Below, one piece after another: positions 13,367 through 27,629 of a DNA stretch of 64,000 nt. The notes under the pieces were generated by a model. The model saw only the letters and a list, made by a program, of their open reading frames with translations, did no database searches and had not been told where the DNA came from. Source of the DNA: Eledone cirrhosa (taxonomy: Eukaryota); NCBI GenBank assembly GCA_964016885.1, contig OZ024743.1:6262001-6326000 (forward strand). Reading direction: 5' to 3'. Position 1 is the stretch's first letter, and the number at the start of each line of letters is the position of its first letter. The translations under genes and the position numbers were made by a program.

Positions 13367-13463
13367 TATGTGAGACACAAATTTAAATTTTGAAAACAAT
13401 GCGTTATGAAGATTGTTAGTCTCCTATTAAACAATGCTTCAAGCAAGCTACAAAACTCTTATA

Positions 13464-13508
<45 letters not shown>

Positions 13509-13902
13509 TTATTTATAAATAAGTCAACTCAGATCAAATTAAACATCTCCCATCGATTATGCTCCGATTGTCTTTAAATGTTCATTATTTCCTAAGAATA
13601 TAGGAATTGGCCTTGAAAGCAATTATTTCCATTTCTGTTTCTCAAGTAACACCTTTTCCCAGAAGCATACAACTTTATCCAATATTTTCACTATTCTAAT
13701 AGGAACTTCTAACTTCTAGCATATTAACTTTCCTCCCAAATTTTTAATAGGTTTTTAATAGATTTTAGATTACACCAGCTTCTTGTATTTTTGTAAAATA
13801 TCCCATCTTAAGTTGTTAAATTTCTTTCAATAGATTTTCCAAAATACTTCCTTTTTTTATCAACATTTCTTCAATTATTATTTCTTTCAACAATTCTCTC
13901 TT

Positions 13903-13936
<34 letters not shown>

Positions 13937-15009
13937 TATACATACATACACATATATATGATGATGATGGTTGCGACTTGATTTTGAGTAATGCCATCAC
14001 TTGATACTTAAGCATGAGCATCACAGACGTGGCTTTTTAGTCCAGCTAGGGACCTGCCTATAGCCAGCAATGCCATACATCACAGACGTGGCTTTTTAGT
14101 CCTGCTAGGGACCTGCCTATGGCCAGAAATGCCATACATCGCAAAAAATGTCACATATCAAGCGATGCTTGCACTCAAAGCTATTTTAAATGAGGAAAGG
14201 CTTTGCATGGGGCCAATCCAACTCTCTAAACGTCAAATGCATTTGCCCCAAAAGGGACTGGTCTACCTCATTGGATGCAAATGAAGTCGCAGGTTTTATA
14301 TCAGAGTGACTTTTTCATAGAGAGATGTCTTAATGAAGATTACGAGTCTCTCGTTCCACAAAAAAATACTTTATTGGATGGCTGTTGACTCTCCTAAGTT
14401 CCTCTGCCCTTTGACGGGTTTTGCTTTTCATACACATACACATCATTTAATGTCCGCTTTCCCTGCTAGCAAGGGCTGGACGAGTCTACATAGACCAAGT
14501 CAGTACTGAATTGGGACCACAGATGTCCCAGACAGGCCGTGGAGATCTGTATCTCATTTACGTACAGTCATTATCGAGTGCAGAGGAGTTGTCATGTCTT
14601 TTGACACAAACTGAAGGGTCTTCCTAACCTCTTGTTTGGCAAGATTTCTACAGTTTGATGCCCTTCCTATCACCAACCATTTTACAGCATGTACTGGGTC
14701 TGTTTATCACCAACACTAGAGAGGTTGTTGTGTCGATGACACAACTAAAGGGTCCTCTCAACCCTTTTAGGCATGGTTTCTACGGTGTGGTGCCCTTCCT
14801 GTCCCCAACCACCCTTACAGAGTGTACTGGGTGCATTTTCGTGACACCATCACTAGAGAGGTTGTTGGTCATAGACCCAACTGTAGAGCCCTGTCAGCTC
14901 TGGGGAGGAAGGCAAAAGGGGAGGGAGATGGGTACGAAGTTATAGGTGTTTGTGGGGAAGAGAAACTGTTAAATAAGGTACTCAATGTATTAGAAGAGAA
15001 GTTACATAT

Positions 15010-15680
15010 TTATTTCATTTAGAAATTACCACTATTGTTTATTTTATGAATACCAAAGTATCTTAGATTAGGCCATGTGTTGTAATCACAACCTATCCTG
15101 TCATTAAAATCTCTAGACAGAATAATTTTGTCACCAATTAAATAAAGTAGGGTGAATGGTATTTCTGAGACTCTCATAAAAAAGAGATAATTCTTCTGCT
15201 GAGTAAAAGGTTGGTGCACATGTCATGAGCAAGACAACAGCAATGGTAGTTTGACAATTCTGTCGACCACATTGCATGGTAGCTCGTCCAGTTTATCAGC
15301 TAAGTTCTTCCTAATTATAAAGCCTACACCACCCTCGCATGTTTCACTTGCCTATTTGCCAACCCCCCAAAAAGTTATGACATCCCATTTCAATTAGTTG
15401 ACCTTTTACTGACAAACGTGTCTTTGAAATTGTAACAATATTGATCATAAATAAATTAAGTTCTGCTGCAGTTCAGCATTCAAGCCTGTTGCGTTTTTCA
15501 TTATCCAGTAGGGTTTTCACATTCCAACACGTTCATAGATGTTTCTTTTGTTGAAATTTATTGTTCCAACAAAGATGAACATCCGTCAGTCACAGTAAAC
15601 TGATGGTAGGGTAGGCAAAGTTTAGGACACCTTTCCTAGTCCCTTCTTAGTAATTTGGGTGCAGAGATCCAGAACAAATA
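15010..15680 (-). pseudogene. Degenerate LINE 5' region (apurinic endonuclease remnant, RTE-like)
   Basis: Minus strand reads WNVKTLLD...; DKIILSRDFNDRIG resembles the APE GDFNARVG motif; many stops. Confidence 0.5.
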
Positions 15681-16006
15681 TTGCAAAGCATTTTAATTCA
15701 ATATTGTGAGAATTGTTTCTTACACTATAAGAAACTACTGAGAAAACTGAATGTCTCTAAAATAGATAATATAAAATTTCTCAAATTTAAAATAACTAGA
15801 ATTTTTTTCAACACACTCACACGTGTATGAATATATGAATATAGATGCCAAACACGGACACACTTACAGACATACATTCAAACAAATACACATACATTCA
15901 CACACACACACATACGCTTACACAAACACATACTCTCACACACAGCGTAGCAAAGAGAAAACCAGCCGCTGTTTTGATATAGTTTTTTCACCACCCCCTT
16001 TCTTCC

Positions 16007-16044
<38 letters not shown>

Positions 16045-16084
16045 TGTGTGATGGACAAAAGTCGTTCAAATTTAAAATAATTAA

Positions 16085-16123
16085 AAGCAAAAAGAATTTA
16101 AAAAAAACACAATGACATTTATT
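16085..16123 (-). promoter_or_regulatory. Candidate polyadenylation signal AATAAA (16123-16118) overlapping the EXOSC6 stop codon, with downstream GU/U-rich tract
   Basis: Minus strand reads CAA TAA ATG TCATTGTGTTTTTTTTAAATTCTTTTTGCTTT. Confidence 0.45.
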
Positions 16124-16205
16124 GATCAAACCCTTTTGATTTGATTAAACAGTGTTGAATAACAGGATATATCTTTTGGCAACTGTCAATACATAGTTTG
16201 ATGGC
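16119..16205 (-). CDS. EXOSC6: EXOSC6/MTR3 last coding exon 9 (AIKLCIDSCQKIYPVIQHCLIKSKGFDQ*)
   Basis: ctcttgcag acceptor; CQ-IYPV-Q C-terminal helix as in MTR3; TAA at 16121-16119; total CDS 804 nt. Confidence 0.93.
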   Translation of the reverse strand, partial: AIKLCIDSCQKIYPVIQHCLIKSKGFDQ

Positions 16206-16832
16206 CTGCAAGAGAAAGAATTTAATTATATGATAAAAATATAACAGTATGAGTAAAAATATAACATGATAACTAAAAAAAAAAGAAGAAAAGAAAAAAA
16301 GTAAAAACTAAAATATGACTAAGGATTTGAAAAGTTATTCAAAAGAGTCAATCATTTAGAGATACTTAACTAAACCAAACTTAACCAGGATACATTTTTT
16401 GACAACCTAAATGGATTCTAAAATATGCTGTTGCACAATTTTAGACATGTCAGAATTTCAATTATATATAATTAAAATATGTTATATCGTTTCATTCCAT
16501 AACTATTTTTTGAATATTCCTTAAGATTTGCCTACACATAGATGAAATATAGGTGACAATAAACTATTAATGATGCCATAAATGAAGATAATAGATACTG
16601 GAATAAGAAATTAAAATTTGGCCATAATATTCAGGATTTATATTTTTAGTATGCTTCTTTCTTTCAGCCAGTTATAGGGCAAGAGAGCAGCTCACATGAA
16701 TGAGATGGACAAATGTCATTCCTTAACATTATTTTCTAATAGGAAAGCTGTGGATCTAAGCCAAAGAAAGTCTTCAAAAACTATTTTCAAAGCAAATATA
16801 ATTGAGTAACAAACACGGACAAGGTGTCTCAC

Positions 16833-16943
16833 CTTTGTGATCATCTCCAACGCACACTCACCACTAGAGGCGAGGGCTGATATCTGATTCAATGATGGCA
16901 TGTAGGCAACTGTGAGACTTGCATTGTTTTCATTCATTTCTTT
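16833..16943 (-). CDS. EXOSC6: EXOSC6/MTR3 coding exon 8 (KEMNENNASLTVAYMPSLNQISALASSGECALEMITK)
   Basis: Inside ORF 16716..17009; tttacag acceptor, AAG|GTGAGA donor; LTVA-MP-LNQ motif typical of MTR3. Confidence 0.93.
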
Positions 16944-17806
16944 CTGTAAACAAAAGTCAAAGGATTTTATGTAAGCATACACATATATGTAGTGATAATA
17001 TACGTACATGCATCTAACTAATTAGGGCTCATGTTAAGTCACTTAATACAGTAGGAGGGAAAGAAGCAGTACTTAAAAACAGATGGTGAACCTGGAGCAA
17101 TTACAGAGACACTAGGTTGGAGGTAAGTGGATGTATACACAGTGCAAGAAGCGAGATGGGGGTGAACCTTGCACAGATAGCTCATGGGCAAAGAGCACAC
17201 GTATAAACTCTTCTGAGTAGATAACAATGATATGGTAGACTTCAGATATAAAACTCCAGTTATGGATCTTTCATTTGGTGCTATTCTGGATCATCTATCC
17301 TACCTTCCCTAAAGAGGTTGCCTAGATCTCAAGAAATACTGACACAGATAGCTGCACTGTTCTGAATATATAGCTTATTATCAAAAATGTGTGGCTCTTC
17401 AAAGACACTGTTGTTCTGGCCTGTAACATATACAATCATACTTCTAATTCGATTGTCGTTCATAAGAAGTTTTATCTCACAAAATATAAACCTGAGAAAT
17501 TAATTACACATTACTGTGAAAAAGAAATCAGAGACAATATAGGATTGGAGAAGACTCTCCAGTCTGTCCTAGCAGTTTGTAATTATTATAACCCTTAGTT
17601 AGTAGTAACAATTTTGCTTAGCTGTTAATATATGTAAATTCTATAGTTATTTAATAGTAATAAATTTAAATTATTATTTCAAGACTTTAGTGCATATGAG
17701 GCACACATCTAGGACACAGAATTTACAGGCACATTCTATGGGAAGATTAAGATACGGAAACAACATCAACTATAAAGGTGAAAAACTATCTGAAAAACCA
17801 ACTTAC

Positions 17807-17866
17807 CTGCGATTTGAACTCTTCTTCTCTACTTGGGTCCAATAAGATGTATTTATTGGAAATACG
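17807..17866 (-). CDS. EXOSC6: EXOSC6/MTR3 coding exon 7 (RISNKYILLDPSREEEFKSQ)
   Basis: aattaag acceptor, CAG|GTAAGT donor; LLDP-x-x-EE motif of RNase PH domain 2. Confidence 0.92.
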
Positions 17867-18789
17867 CTTAATTAAAAACAATGTGATATAAAATGAATGA
17901 ATTAAACTTAATTAGGGATAATTTAAAATAATATATAAATTTGAACAAATCATTGGTGTAGATATAAGTGTATAATGACAAAAGATAACATGAGAACCAA
18001 GCTAGTGTCTCCTTATTGTAATTATCAATGTACTACATATCCTCTAAGAAATCCATTTACAATATAAATTTGAGTCATATCTAGGTACAAATTAAGAGTG
18101 ATAACACCTTTATCTAATTCCCCAAAACTTTAAGTTCAACAATTAAATTAAACTTTCAAATGACATAAGGGATTGCAGAAAGATTGTGTTACATTTTCTG
18201 TTTGGTCAAATGACTTTTTAACATGTGGATGTAAGCATCATCAAGCCTTGTTTCCTGGTGATTCATGAGTGCCTACACAGTACTTAATAGCATGGAAGAT
18301 GCTTTGCTTAAGATCATCTGATAGTAATCACTTCCTGAGGTCACTGAGATTATTAGGTACAGCTTGTGCTTTTACAAGTGGAATATGTGCATCTTTTTCT
18401 AGTTATTCCCTAAGAGTACAAAGGAGGCCATAGATATTGCAGAACATTACTGGAAAGCTAAGCAAAAACTCATTGATATACTTCTATGGACTCAATGATA
18501 TGGATATATATGGGTCAGTTGTCCAGCAAAAACTTTCATTGATTAGCTCTGTAGAGGCACAGAATGCTGATCAACTGACCTTCTAAATGCTATGTGGGAT
18601 CATGATGGGTGGTGTGATAAAGTCAAACAAATCCAAGCAACTTCTTAATGTGCTTATAATACCCTTGAGAGATAGGGATTGCATGACTTTGTATAGGGAA
18701 TGCAGGACGGCTAGTAAATAATGTAGGCTTTTTATGTGGCTGATTCACTGGAGATGTAAACAAGAGCCCACAGGAAACAAGCTGTATCA

Positions 18790-19230
18790 AATGCTCAGAT
18801 GGGTCCCTAGAGATAGTCGACAGCTTCTGCTACCTAGGGGACAAAAGTATAGTAGCCAGAGTGAAGATGAGCCCGAAAAAGTTTAGTGAGCTACTACCAC
18901 TGCTTGATACAAAGCTTATCTCCATCAGAGTGAAAGGCAGATTGAACTTTGATTGCATGTAAATGACTGCTACTTGATAGTGAGAATTGGGCTTTGAGTA
19001 TGGAAGACAATAAGGCAAGCATGATTCGATGGATGTGTAAATATATGAGCAATGAATTATGAATGAGTAAGATAGGAATTGGTTGCAGCATGGAAGAGAG
19101 AGGTCTGCAATGGTATGGATATGTAATGCATATGAAAGATGACAGCTGCATAAAGAAATGTGCTCAAAGTCACAGGAACCCTTGGAAGGGGAAAGCCTAG
19201 GAGAACACGAGATGATATAAGGCCAATTTC
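18790..19230 (+). pseudogene. Degenerate RTE LINE 3' fragment
   Basis: Decayed VDSFCYLGD / KKFSELLPLL / LQWYGYVM segments homologous to the 21428-23089 ORF. Confidence 0.7.
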
Positions 19231-19541
19231 AACTGATTATATTGCTTTCCTACAAAACTAATCTTGCAACTGAACAATAAAGAATCCTTATTATTGCTTA
19301 AAACATACTTAAGTGCTTGGATGGCAGATATAGCAGATTGTTAGACAGTGATATTCTGATAGTTACTTACAGTTCCAAGCATTCTTAGTTTAATTCCCAC
19401 TGGAGTCAACTTTGCTTCTCCTTCTTTCAGAGTCAATAAAATAAATAAAAGTCAAGTCATTTGGCCAATTTAATCACCAGTGATCTTCTCACAATGTAGC
19501 CTGGTGCCAATGTTAAAAATTACTATACAAAACATACTTAC

Positions 19542-19627
19542 TACTGTGGTACTAACAACCAGATCATACATCTCGATACCAGCATATGCCAAAGCTACAG
19601 ATGCAGCAGTGATAGCAGCTGCAAGAA
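19542..19627 (-). CDS. EXOSC6: EXOSC6/MTR3 coding exon 6 (ILAAAITAASVALAYAGIEMYDLVVSTTV)
   Basis: tttttccag acceptor, GTAAGT donor; AAAITAAS-AL--AGIEMYDLV motif. Confidence 0.95.
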
Positions 19628-20807
19628 CTGGAAAAACAAAACAAAAGAGGATTTAATTTTAAACATAAGCTTCAGATTTTTGTAGAAATAATTTTAGTGT
19701 GAATATAAGTATCAAAAAGACAAAAGATTTGCATGGAAGCCTTCTTGCAGAGAGCAAAGCCCAGGTATGTCGCTAACCCTGCCATGATATAATTGGTAGT
19801 CAACTTCCCTAATTCTCATAGCGGTCTTGACAACAACTGTAAACATTGTGGTGTGACCTTTGTCCTCAGTAAAACAGTTAATGCGACCCTGTTATGCTGG
19901 GAGTTCATATCTCCTTGCTTAGCTTAGACACCGTATATAAGTTATCTGTCATATAAATCTAAGCGCCAACCTTGAATGGTGATGATTATGTAAAGGATCA
20001 ATTCTACTGTGACTCACAGGAAGTTCTTGACTGGATGCCTTCAACCAATCAACTTATCTGCATTTATCATTAATTTTGTACATGCACTCAGTTTGAGAAT
20101 AATAAAGTTACTAATACTGCTGCTACTTTTGTTGTATGTCTGGGTTAAGAAGATATAAGACTATATTTAGGATTATACTCCACACATGACCATTTTGGGT
20201 CATTTTGTTTTGTTGTGTAGATGGTATTTATGTAGCCTGTAATGCTGCAAAGAGAGTTGTTTTTGCATTTTGTGTAGTTTGTTGTGGAGAGATTGTACTC
20301 TGGATTATATTAGTCAATATGTCCTATCTTTTTTATGATGGTAGCATGTAAACTAAGGAGTATTTGTTTGTCCTTCAGTTTCGAAGATGATCAACACTCC
20401 ACCAGCACTTCTTAAAGAAGCAGCTGCTACTTTAAATTTATTTGTTTGGAGTCAAGTTTCAAGATGGTTGATGTAATATTATCTGCATATGAGATTGCAT
20501 ATGTTCTATAGAGGTATGGCTAGATTAGATTGTGGCTATTTTGTTGTTGTTCCTAACATAAGCTTGTCAGCCTGAAAGGGACTCTTGTAGTCAGTATTTT
20601 TATCTATTTCTCAGGAAAAGTATTTAATAATTTGTGTATGAGAGAGAAGTGAAGTATATAATCAAATACTTTGCTGACGTCCATGACAGGATGGTTCAAG
20701 TTTTTGTTGAAGACATCATAAGAGAGATGACAAAGGGATGCAAGGATTGGCTCTCTGCTGAGTTGGTGAAGACCTCCAACACCAACATAAAATATGACTT
20801 TGTGAGT

Positions 20808-23800
20808 CATCATTATCATCATCATCATCAGGTTTAGCGTCCGTGTTCCACGCTTGCATGGGTTTGGACGGGGGTTTTCCCACTTGAGGCAAGAGTGGTT
20901 GTCTTGCTCGCATAGGACTGTCTGGCGGGTTTTCTACAGTTGGATGCCCTTCCTAACACCAACCACATTTACAGTGTGGGGCTGGGAGGTTTTTACCGTG
21001 TTGCCTACACGGCCACATTACAGCGTGGACTGTCTGGCGGGTTTTCTACAGTTGGATGCCCTTCCTAACACCAACCACATTTACAGTGTGGGGCTGGGAG
21101 GTTTTTACCGTGTTGCCTACACGGCCACATTACAGCGTGGACTGTCTGGCGGGTTTTCTGCAGCTGGATACCCTTCCTAACACCAACCACATTTACAGTG
21201 TGGGGCTGGGAGGTTTTTACCGTGTTGCCTACACGGCCACATTTACAGCGTGGACTGTGTGTTTTTTTGTCGTGACACCTACACGATCTCATTTGTTTCG
21301 GCCTGGATGTTGTGGGACCAACATAACTTTACATTGAAAGGGGCGGTGTGGATGGCGTGGAGGTGGTGGGACGGGGGGGTGTTTTGATAGAGATGCCTAC
21401 TGACTGTAGTAGGTTTTTACTTTGTATTTAGGTAAGGCGGGTCTTCTCTATTACTGAGTACCGCCAAAGGTCTCGGTCCAGTGACATTGTCTTGGAGAGG
21501 TGTAAGCGTGTGAGGTCGGAATTTATCAGCTCGTCCCATGTTTTTCTGGGTCTGCCTACTCCGTGGCTACCATCTATCTTTATTGCCCTGCACTTTGTTA
21601 TACAGCTGTCGTCTTTCATGCGCATCACGTGACCGTACCAACGTAGCCTTCTCTCGAGTAAACAACATCTGATCCCTCTTATTTCTAATTTTTTCCTTAG
21701 TTCGTTTCTGCTTTGCCGTTCACGTATATTACTGTTGCACATCCATCGGAGCATGCAAGCTTCGTTCCTCTCTAGTCTGCGTATATCCTCTGCACACAAT
21801 GCCCAGGTCTCACTGCCATGCAGCATTGCTGTTCGTATGCAGGCATCGTATAACCTGCCTTTCATTTTTAGTGAGAACCCTTTAGCAGCTAATAGTGGTA
21901 TAAGCTCTCTGAACTTTTTCCAACCAGTTCTGACTCTAGCTACAGTACTTTCAGAGCACCCTCCCCCACTGCTGATTTTATCGCCCAGGTAACGGAAGCT
22001 GTCCACTATTTCTATAGAACCCTCTGCGCAATTGAAAGAGCTAGTATTTTGTGGGCACTTGCTGCTACTTATTGCACCAGAGCACCGGCCACATGTAAAA
22101 TCTATGTTCTTAGTTAGCTTACCTGTGATCCCACTACATCTTTTATGCACCCATACTTTGCATTTAGGACATAAAATGGAGTTTCTACCTACGCCTTTCC
22201 TACACACCGAGCACGACCATTTCCCAGAAGGGACCGCCGCCTTGTTTTCTTTCCTACAAACTAGTACTTTGGTCTTAGCCAGGTTAATTTTAAGTCCTTT
22301 TGACTCTAGGCCGTGCTTCCATGTTTGGAATTTCTTCTCTAGCTCGGCCATTGATTCCGCTATGAGTGTCAGGTCGTCTGCGTATAGGAGTTCCCATGGG
22401 CAGCCTGTCTTGAACTCCTCTGTTATAGCCTGAAGGGCAATAATAAATAGTAGTGGGCTGAGAACAGAGCCCTGATGGACGCCAACTTTTACGCTAAACT
22501 CTTCACTATATTCGTTGTTAATTCTAACCTTGCTGACTGTTTCTTTATACATGGCTTGTATAGCCCTCACAAGCCATTCGTCAACGCCTAGTTTTCTAAG
22601 AGCCCACCAGATAATGGAGCGGGGGACTCTGTCGAAGGCTTTCTCCAAGTCGACAAAAGCTAAGTAGAGGGGTTTACCTTTAGCTAGGTACTTCTCCTGT
22701 AGTTGTCGTACTATGAAAAGAGCGTCTGTGGTACTTTTGCCTGACACAAACCCGAACTGCATTTCATCTAGGTCAATTCTCTCTCTGATTAGTTGCGCTA
22801 TTACTTTTTCCGTGACCTTCATGACCTGGTCGATTAATTTAATGCCTCTATAGTTACTCCTATCTAGGGCGTCTCCTTTACCCTTATAACAGTTAACGAT
22901 GATGCTGCTATGCCAGTCCTTCGGAACAACCCCATTCTGTACGACTTGGTTAACTATGCGGGTGACCATGGTGTGTCCCACCGTGCCAGATGCCTTCAGC
23001 ATCTCAGCAACTATTTCCGAAGGCCCAGCCGCCTTATCCGTCTTCATATCCTTGATTGCCTTACTTATTATACTCCCCTCGACTAACACTGCTGGTCCCT
23101 CTATTGGGTCGATATGGGGGAGACTGTCTTTCTCTCATTTATTCTCCTCATTTAGTAGCCTTTCATAGTGACACTTCCAAGCTACCTTCTTATCAGCGTC
23201 GGTGATGGCAAGTGTGCCATCGTCGTTTAGTACACACTTCTCCCCGACAATATCACGGTTTTCCTTGACGCATTGCCTAGCAATCCTGAACACCTCACGT
23301 TTTTGGTCATCGCGTTGTAGAACATGCTTGAACTTTCTTTCCTCAGCTTCCCTTCTTGCTAAGTACACTTGTCTCCTAGCTTCCCTCCTGGCCACTTGAT
23401 AGTCTTCACTACTTCCCCCATCCCGCCATACTTTCCAAGCCTGCTTTTTGGCCTTAATTGACCCCTCCACCTTACTGTTCCACCACCATGTTACTCTCCT
23501 CCTGCCTACAGGCCTGCTCCAGCCACAGACTTCGTCTGTCGCCAACAGCAGGTTTGCTTTCAGAAATTCCCACTCTCCCTCTATATTGTCCGACTCTAAA
23601 TGTTCTTCCTTACTGTCGAAAGCATCAAGTAATATGCTTTGAAATTTATTCCTGGCTGTGGGGTCCTTTAGCTTCCATATTTTTCTCCTGAGGATAGTCC
23701 TCTTCTGCTGTCGAGTACGTCTCGTCCTGACTATGAGGTCGCTAATTATCAGTCTATGTTGGGAGGTGCATTCTTCATGGGGGAGGGATTTAGTGTTTAC

Positions 23801-23869
23801 AACAGACACTCTGTCACGTCTTCTGGTAAGGATATAATCTACCTGGCTTGTGTGTTCCCCGGATCTATA
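20808..23869 (-). mobile_element. RTE-clade LINE, 5'-truncated; endonuclease C-terminus, RT and PHD-type finger; one in-frame stop
   Basis: ORFs 23135..24442 (real part from ~23869, SQVDYIL) and 21428..23089 are in the same frame, split by TGA at 23137-23135; motifs AFVDLEKAFDRV, GVHQGSVLSPLLF, LLYADD; (ATG)n tail at ~20808-20830. Confidence 0.95.
20915..21260. repeat. 112-bp tandem repeat, 3 copies, in RTE 3' UTR
   Basis: ggactgt starts at 20915, 21027, 21139, 21252. Confidence 0.92.
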
Positions 23870-24349
<480 letters not shown>

Positions 24350-27008
24350 TTTGAAGTTGAATTTGTGCACATAGGCACATTTATGTGTATTTTTATACGT
24401 ATATCTATCGTCAAATATTAGTAGTTTTACTGCAGATATCATATGTCAGTAACCTTGAGACAAAATAGTTCCATATCTTTTTATAAACTAGTCAAGAAAA
24501 GAAGGGTAATGGCCACAACCTTTACAAGCCCTCCTAGATTGGTGAGATTGATGGGGTTGATGTTCAGCTTTATCATCTGTCAGTAGATGTTTCCAGAAAA
24601 GACTGGGCAGGGAAGGAATTTCAGAGGGTTGCAGCTGATTTCATTCAACTAGTAGACAGTATGACATTTTAAAGCTCAAATATCACCAGAGTCAACAGAA
24701 AAAGAACCAGTAATATATACAATGCACTGAAGAATAACACACTCACATTAATATAAAACTATATTGAAAATAAAACTGCGTTCTTGCACAGTGTCAACAA
24801 ACAGATACACATCCAAATACACAGACAGCTGCATATCGTACTTACATTGCTATCAAAGGTACATCCTTACAACATACCTATACTGTACTGTTAAACACAC
24901 ATGTCAATATCCCTATATTAATGTATATAAAATCGGAATAAGCAAGATATTGATACATAGATCATGCCTGTTGGTGTTAACTTTGATTAATGGCAACAAA
25001 TTGACAGAGTTGTTAATGCGAGATTAAATACTTTGTGGTATTTATTACAGCTCTCTGTGCTCTCAGTTCAAATCCCATCAAAACCTTTTATCTTTTTGAA
25101 GCTGATAAACAAAGTACCAGTCCAAAGCAGTGGATTAGCATTGGATGAGATACCTTGCAGTATCTATACCAGCTGTATGTGTGCTGAGTTAAAATCCCAC
25201 TTCCTGTCATTGGAAAAATGATATGACAGGGTCATTAACATTAAAACATTCAAGAAACCTATGAGGTACAACCTCTTGAACTTTTACTAAATATTGCAAC
25301 AAACACTGAATGAACTACACCTATCCTATCAACTCCCCGAGCATCTAAATCACTTATATAGAAGCAATAGGTCCCACAAGGTAGCTACACTAATTTCACA
25401 TTCAAATCTATGAACAAAAAAAAGTATGATAGCTAAGCTACTGGTAAACTGAATCTGTGATCAAGATTTGATATCAAGTAATAGCTTTCACTTTTTAATT
25501 TTCAGCAGGGCCAGCCATAACTTGCTAAGCATGCAAATGATGCTAATCAGCTGATGTATACTTCAGAAAATACTATATATTTTCAACTGTTCAACAGATT
25601 GGTAGAGAGGTAACCAGTCCTAATGAAGAGTAATGACCCAGAAATATGTTGATTGTTCCTCGATGCCACTGTTGAACAAATGGATGACAATTGGTCATCA
25701 AGGCACAGCACAGCTTTGTTGGGCCGTTTGCTTGCAAATGAATCGAATATTATTACTAATATTCGATATACGTACATATGTATATGTGTATTTGTGATGT
25801 GTGTATATATGTGTGTACGTATGCGTACTTACTTTCACTTCACCTTATTACTAATGCCCTCATGTGGTTGTCACAAAATTTTACATGAACTTTGAAGAGA
25901 AAATCATAAGTATTAAGTGGTTATTGCTTGGATATGTGTGTATTACAAGTATGTAGACAGTAAGAGGAACCAAACAATGAAATTGATCATTTGGAAAAAC
26001 ATTGCAGTAATGGGAAGATAGTCAAGTTCATTCAGGAAATAGAAACAAAAAGAATTACTATTTCAGGATGTGCACACCAAAACTAGTTATGTACTACAAT
26101 GTTATTTCAGCACATGCTTTCCTCATCACATCTGACCTAGCTGTATAGTAAGTAGCACAGCACATTGTTGGGAAGTTAATGTTGGGATGGGCACAAAACT
26201 AAGATAATTGTTCAATTGTTCACTCATTTCAAGAAATGTCTCAATTTCTATCACTTTCTGGAATAATCATAGAAAATTAACCAAAAGATGTCATAAAAAT
26301 GTATATATTAGAACATTTAATGTGCATTATATATTTGTACAAATTTCAACTTTTGTGACACGCCTGTTTCATTTTACACCAAAGTATACATAAACAAAAC
26401 TGCTAAGATAAGGGATTATATTCTAGCTATTCTTTTCTTTATCTTAACTTAATATAACATTTCTATTGTAGTTTTCAAATAAAGCTGAAAATATAAATAG
26501 TGAAAAAAATCGTTTTTCTTTTTTCTTTCTTTTTTTACTGGTTTCAGTCATTTGGTTGCGACCATGCTGGAGCTTTGGAGGTCATATTGACCCTATTACT
26601 TATTTTATTGATCACTATTTGTCAAATTGTTAAGTTATCTCTAAAACTTATCATCAGGATCGCCTGTTTTTCTATAGTGTGAGATATTCTGTGAGGCCCC
26701 ACACCATAATCCTTTTGATACCAACCTGAATGAAGCCACCCCTAATTCTATAATACAAAACTATCCATTTTCAAGAATGTTATTTAAATTTACTCTCAAA
26801 ATTATACATAAGAATCTTCCAAATAACAGCTTCACAATGGACAAAGTTATTTGACTAAATTCTCCCAATTCTTGATTTTAAAAATAAATTGAAACAGACA
26901 AAACATTTTGTGAGAAATATGGTCATGAAAGAGTTAAGATTTTACCTCAGCAAGTACTCAGCATATTTTCACCTAGCAGGCATCATCTATATATAGCAAC
27001 TCTCTTAA

Positions 27009-27205
27009 CCTTTTAACATTTAAACTGGCCATATCCGCTCACCTCTTTTTATTCAAACTGGTTGTAACCAGCTGCTCATACTGATGTTAAGGTATTGTCC
27101 TCAAAATAAATAGCATCAAAATCTCATAGATTCAATATTATGTGAGGTAGAGCCTTTACCATGAAAATATAATAGTATAGATAGATTAATGTAAATGCTA
27201 AAGGG
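27009..27205. mobile_element. TTAA-flanked MITE (piggyBac/Kolobok-like); related ends near 26937, 28705-28953, 29184, 38908-39133, 54460, 58179
   Basis: TTAA|CCTTTTAACATTTA ... TAAATGCTAAAGGG|TTAA. Confidence 0.7.
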
Positions 27206-27629
27206 TTAAACACCTTGCCTGATGCATTTAATACCCAATCACTCTTCAGCTCATTTAAGATCTGCCTTTTTATACAGGATAACATTCAGTATTCCACATT
27301 TGGCTTGTTCCTCTTAAGCTTCTGCATAGCTACATTCAAATGTTTACATTTCATTACCATATAATAATAATTGAGGGGTAGAGAACCACTAGAATGAAAA
27401 ACATAAAGTCTACAAAAGGAGTGGAAAATACACATTAATTAAAAGAGTAAATCAAAACTTACGGATCAGCCTTTATAGTAGACAATATGCTTTTCACTAG
27501 TGGTTCTTGTAATTGAAAACATACCCATTTGTGTTTTCTTCTCTATATACTGTATTATATATTCATCATCATTTTACATCTGCTTTTCCCTGCTTGCGAG
27601 GGTGGGACATATATATGTATATATATGTA

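Noticed and set aside
13510-13885. Possible decayed Penelope GIY-YIG C-terminus on the minus strand (LRWDILQK..CML..EMEII)
   Set aside because: Too degenerate to call by eye; needs TBLASTN against PLE proteins.
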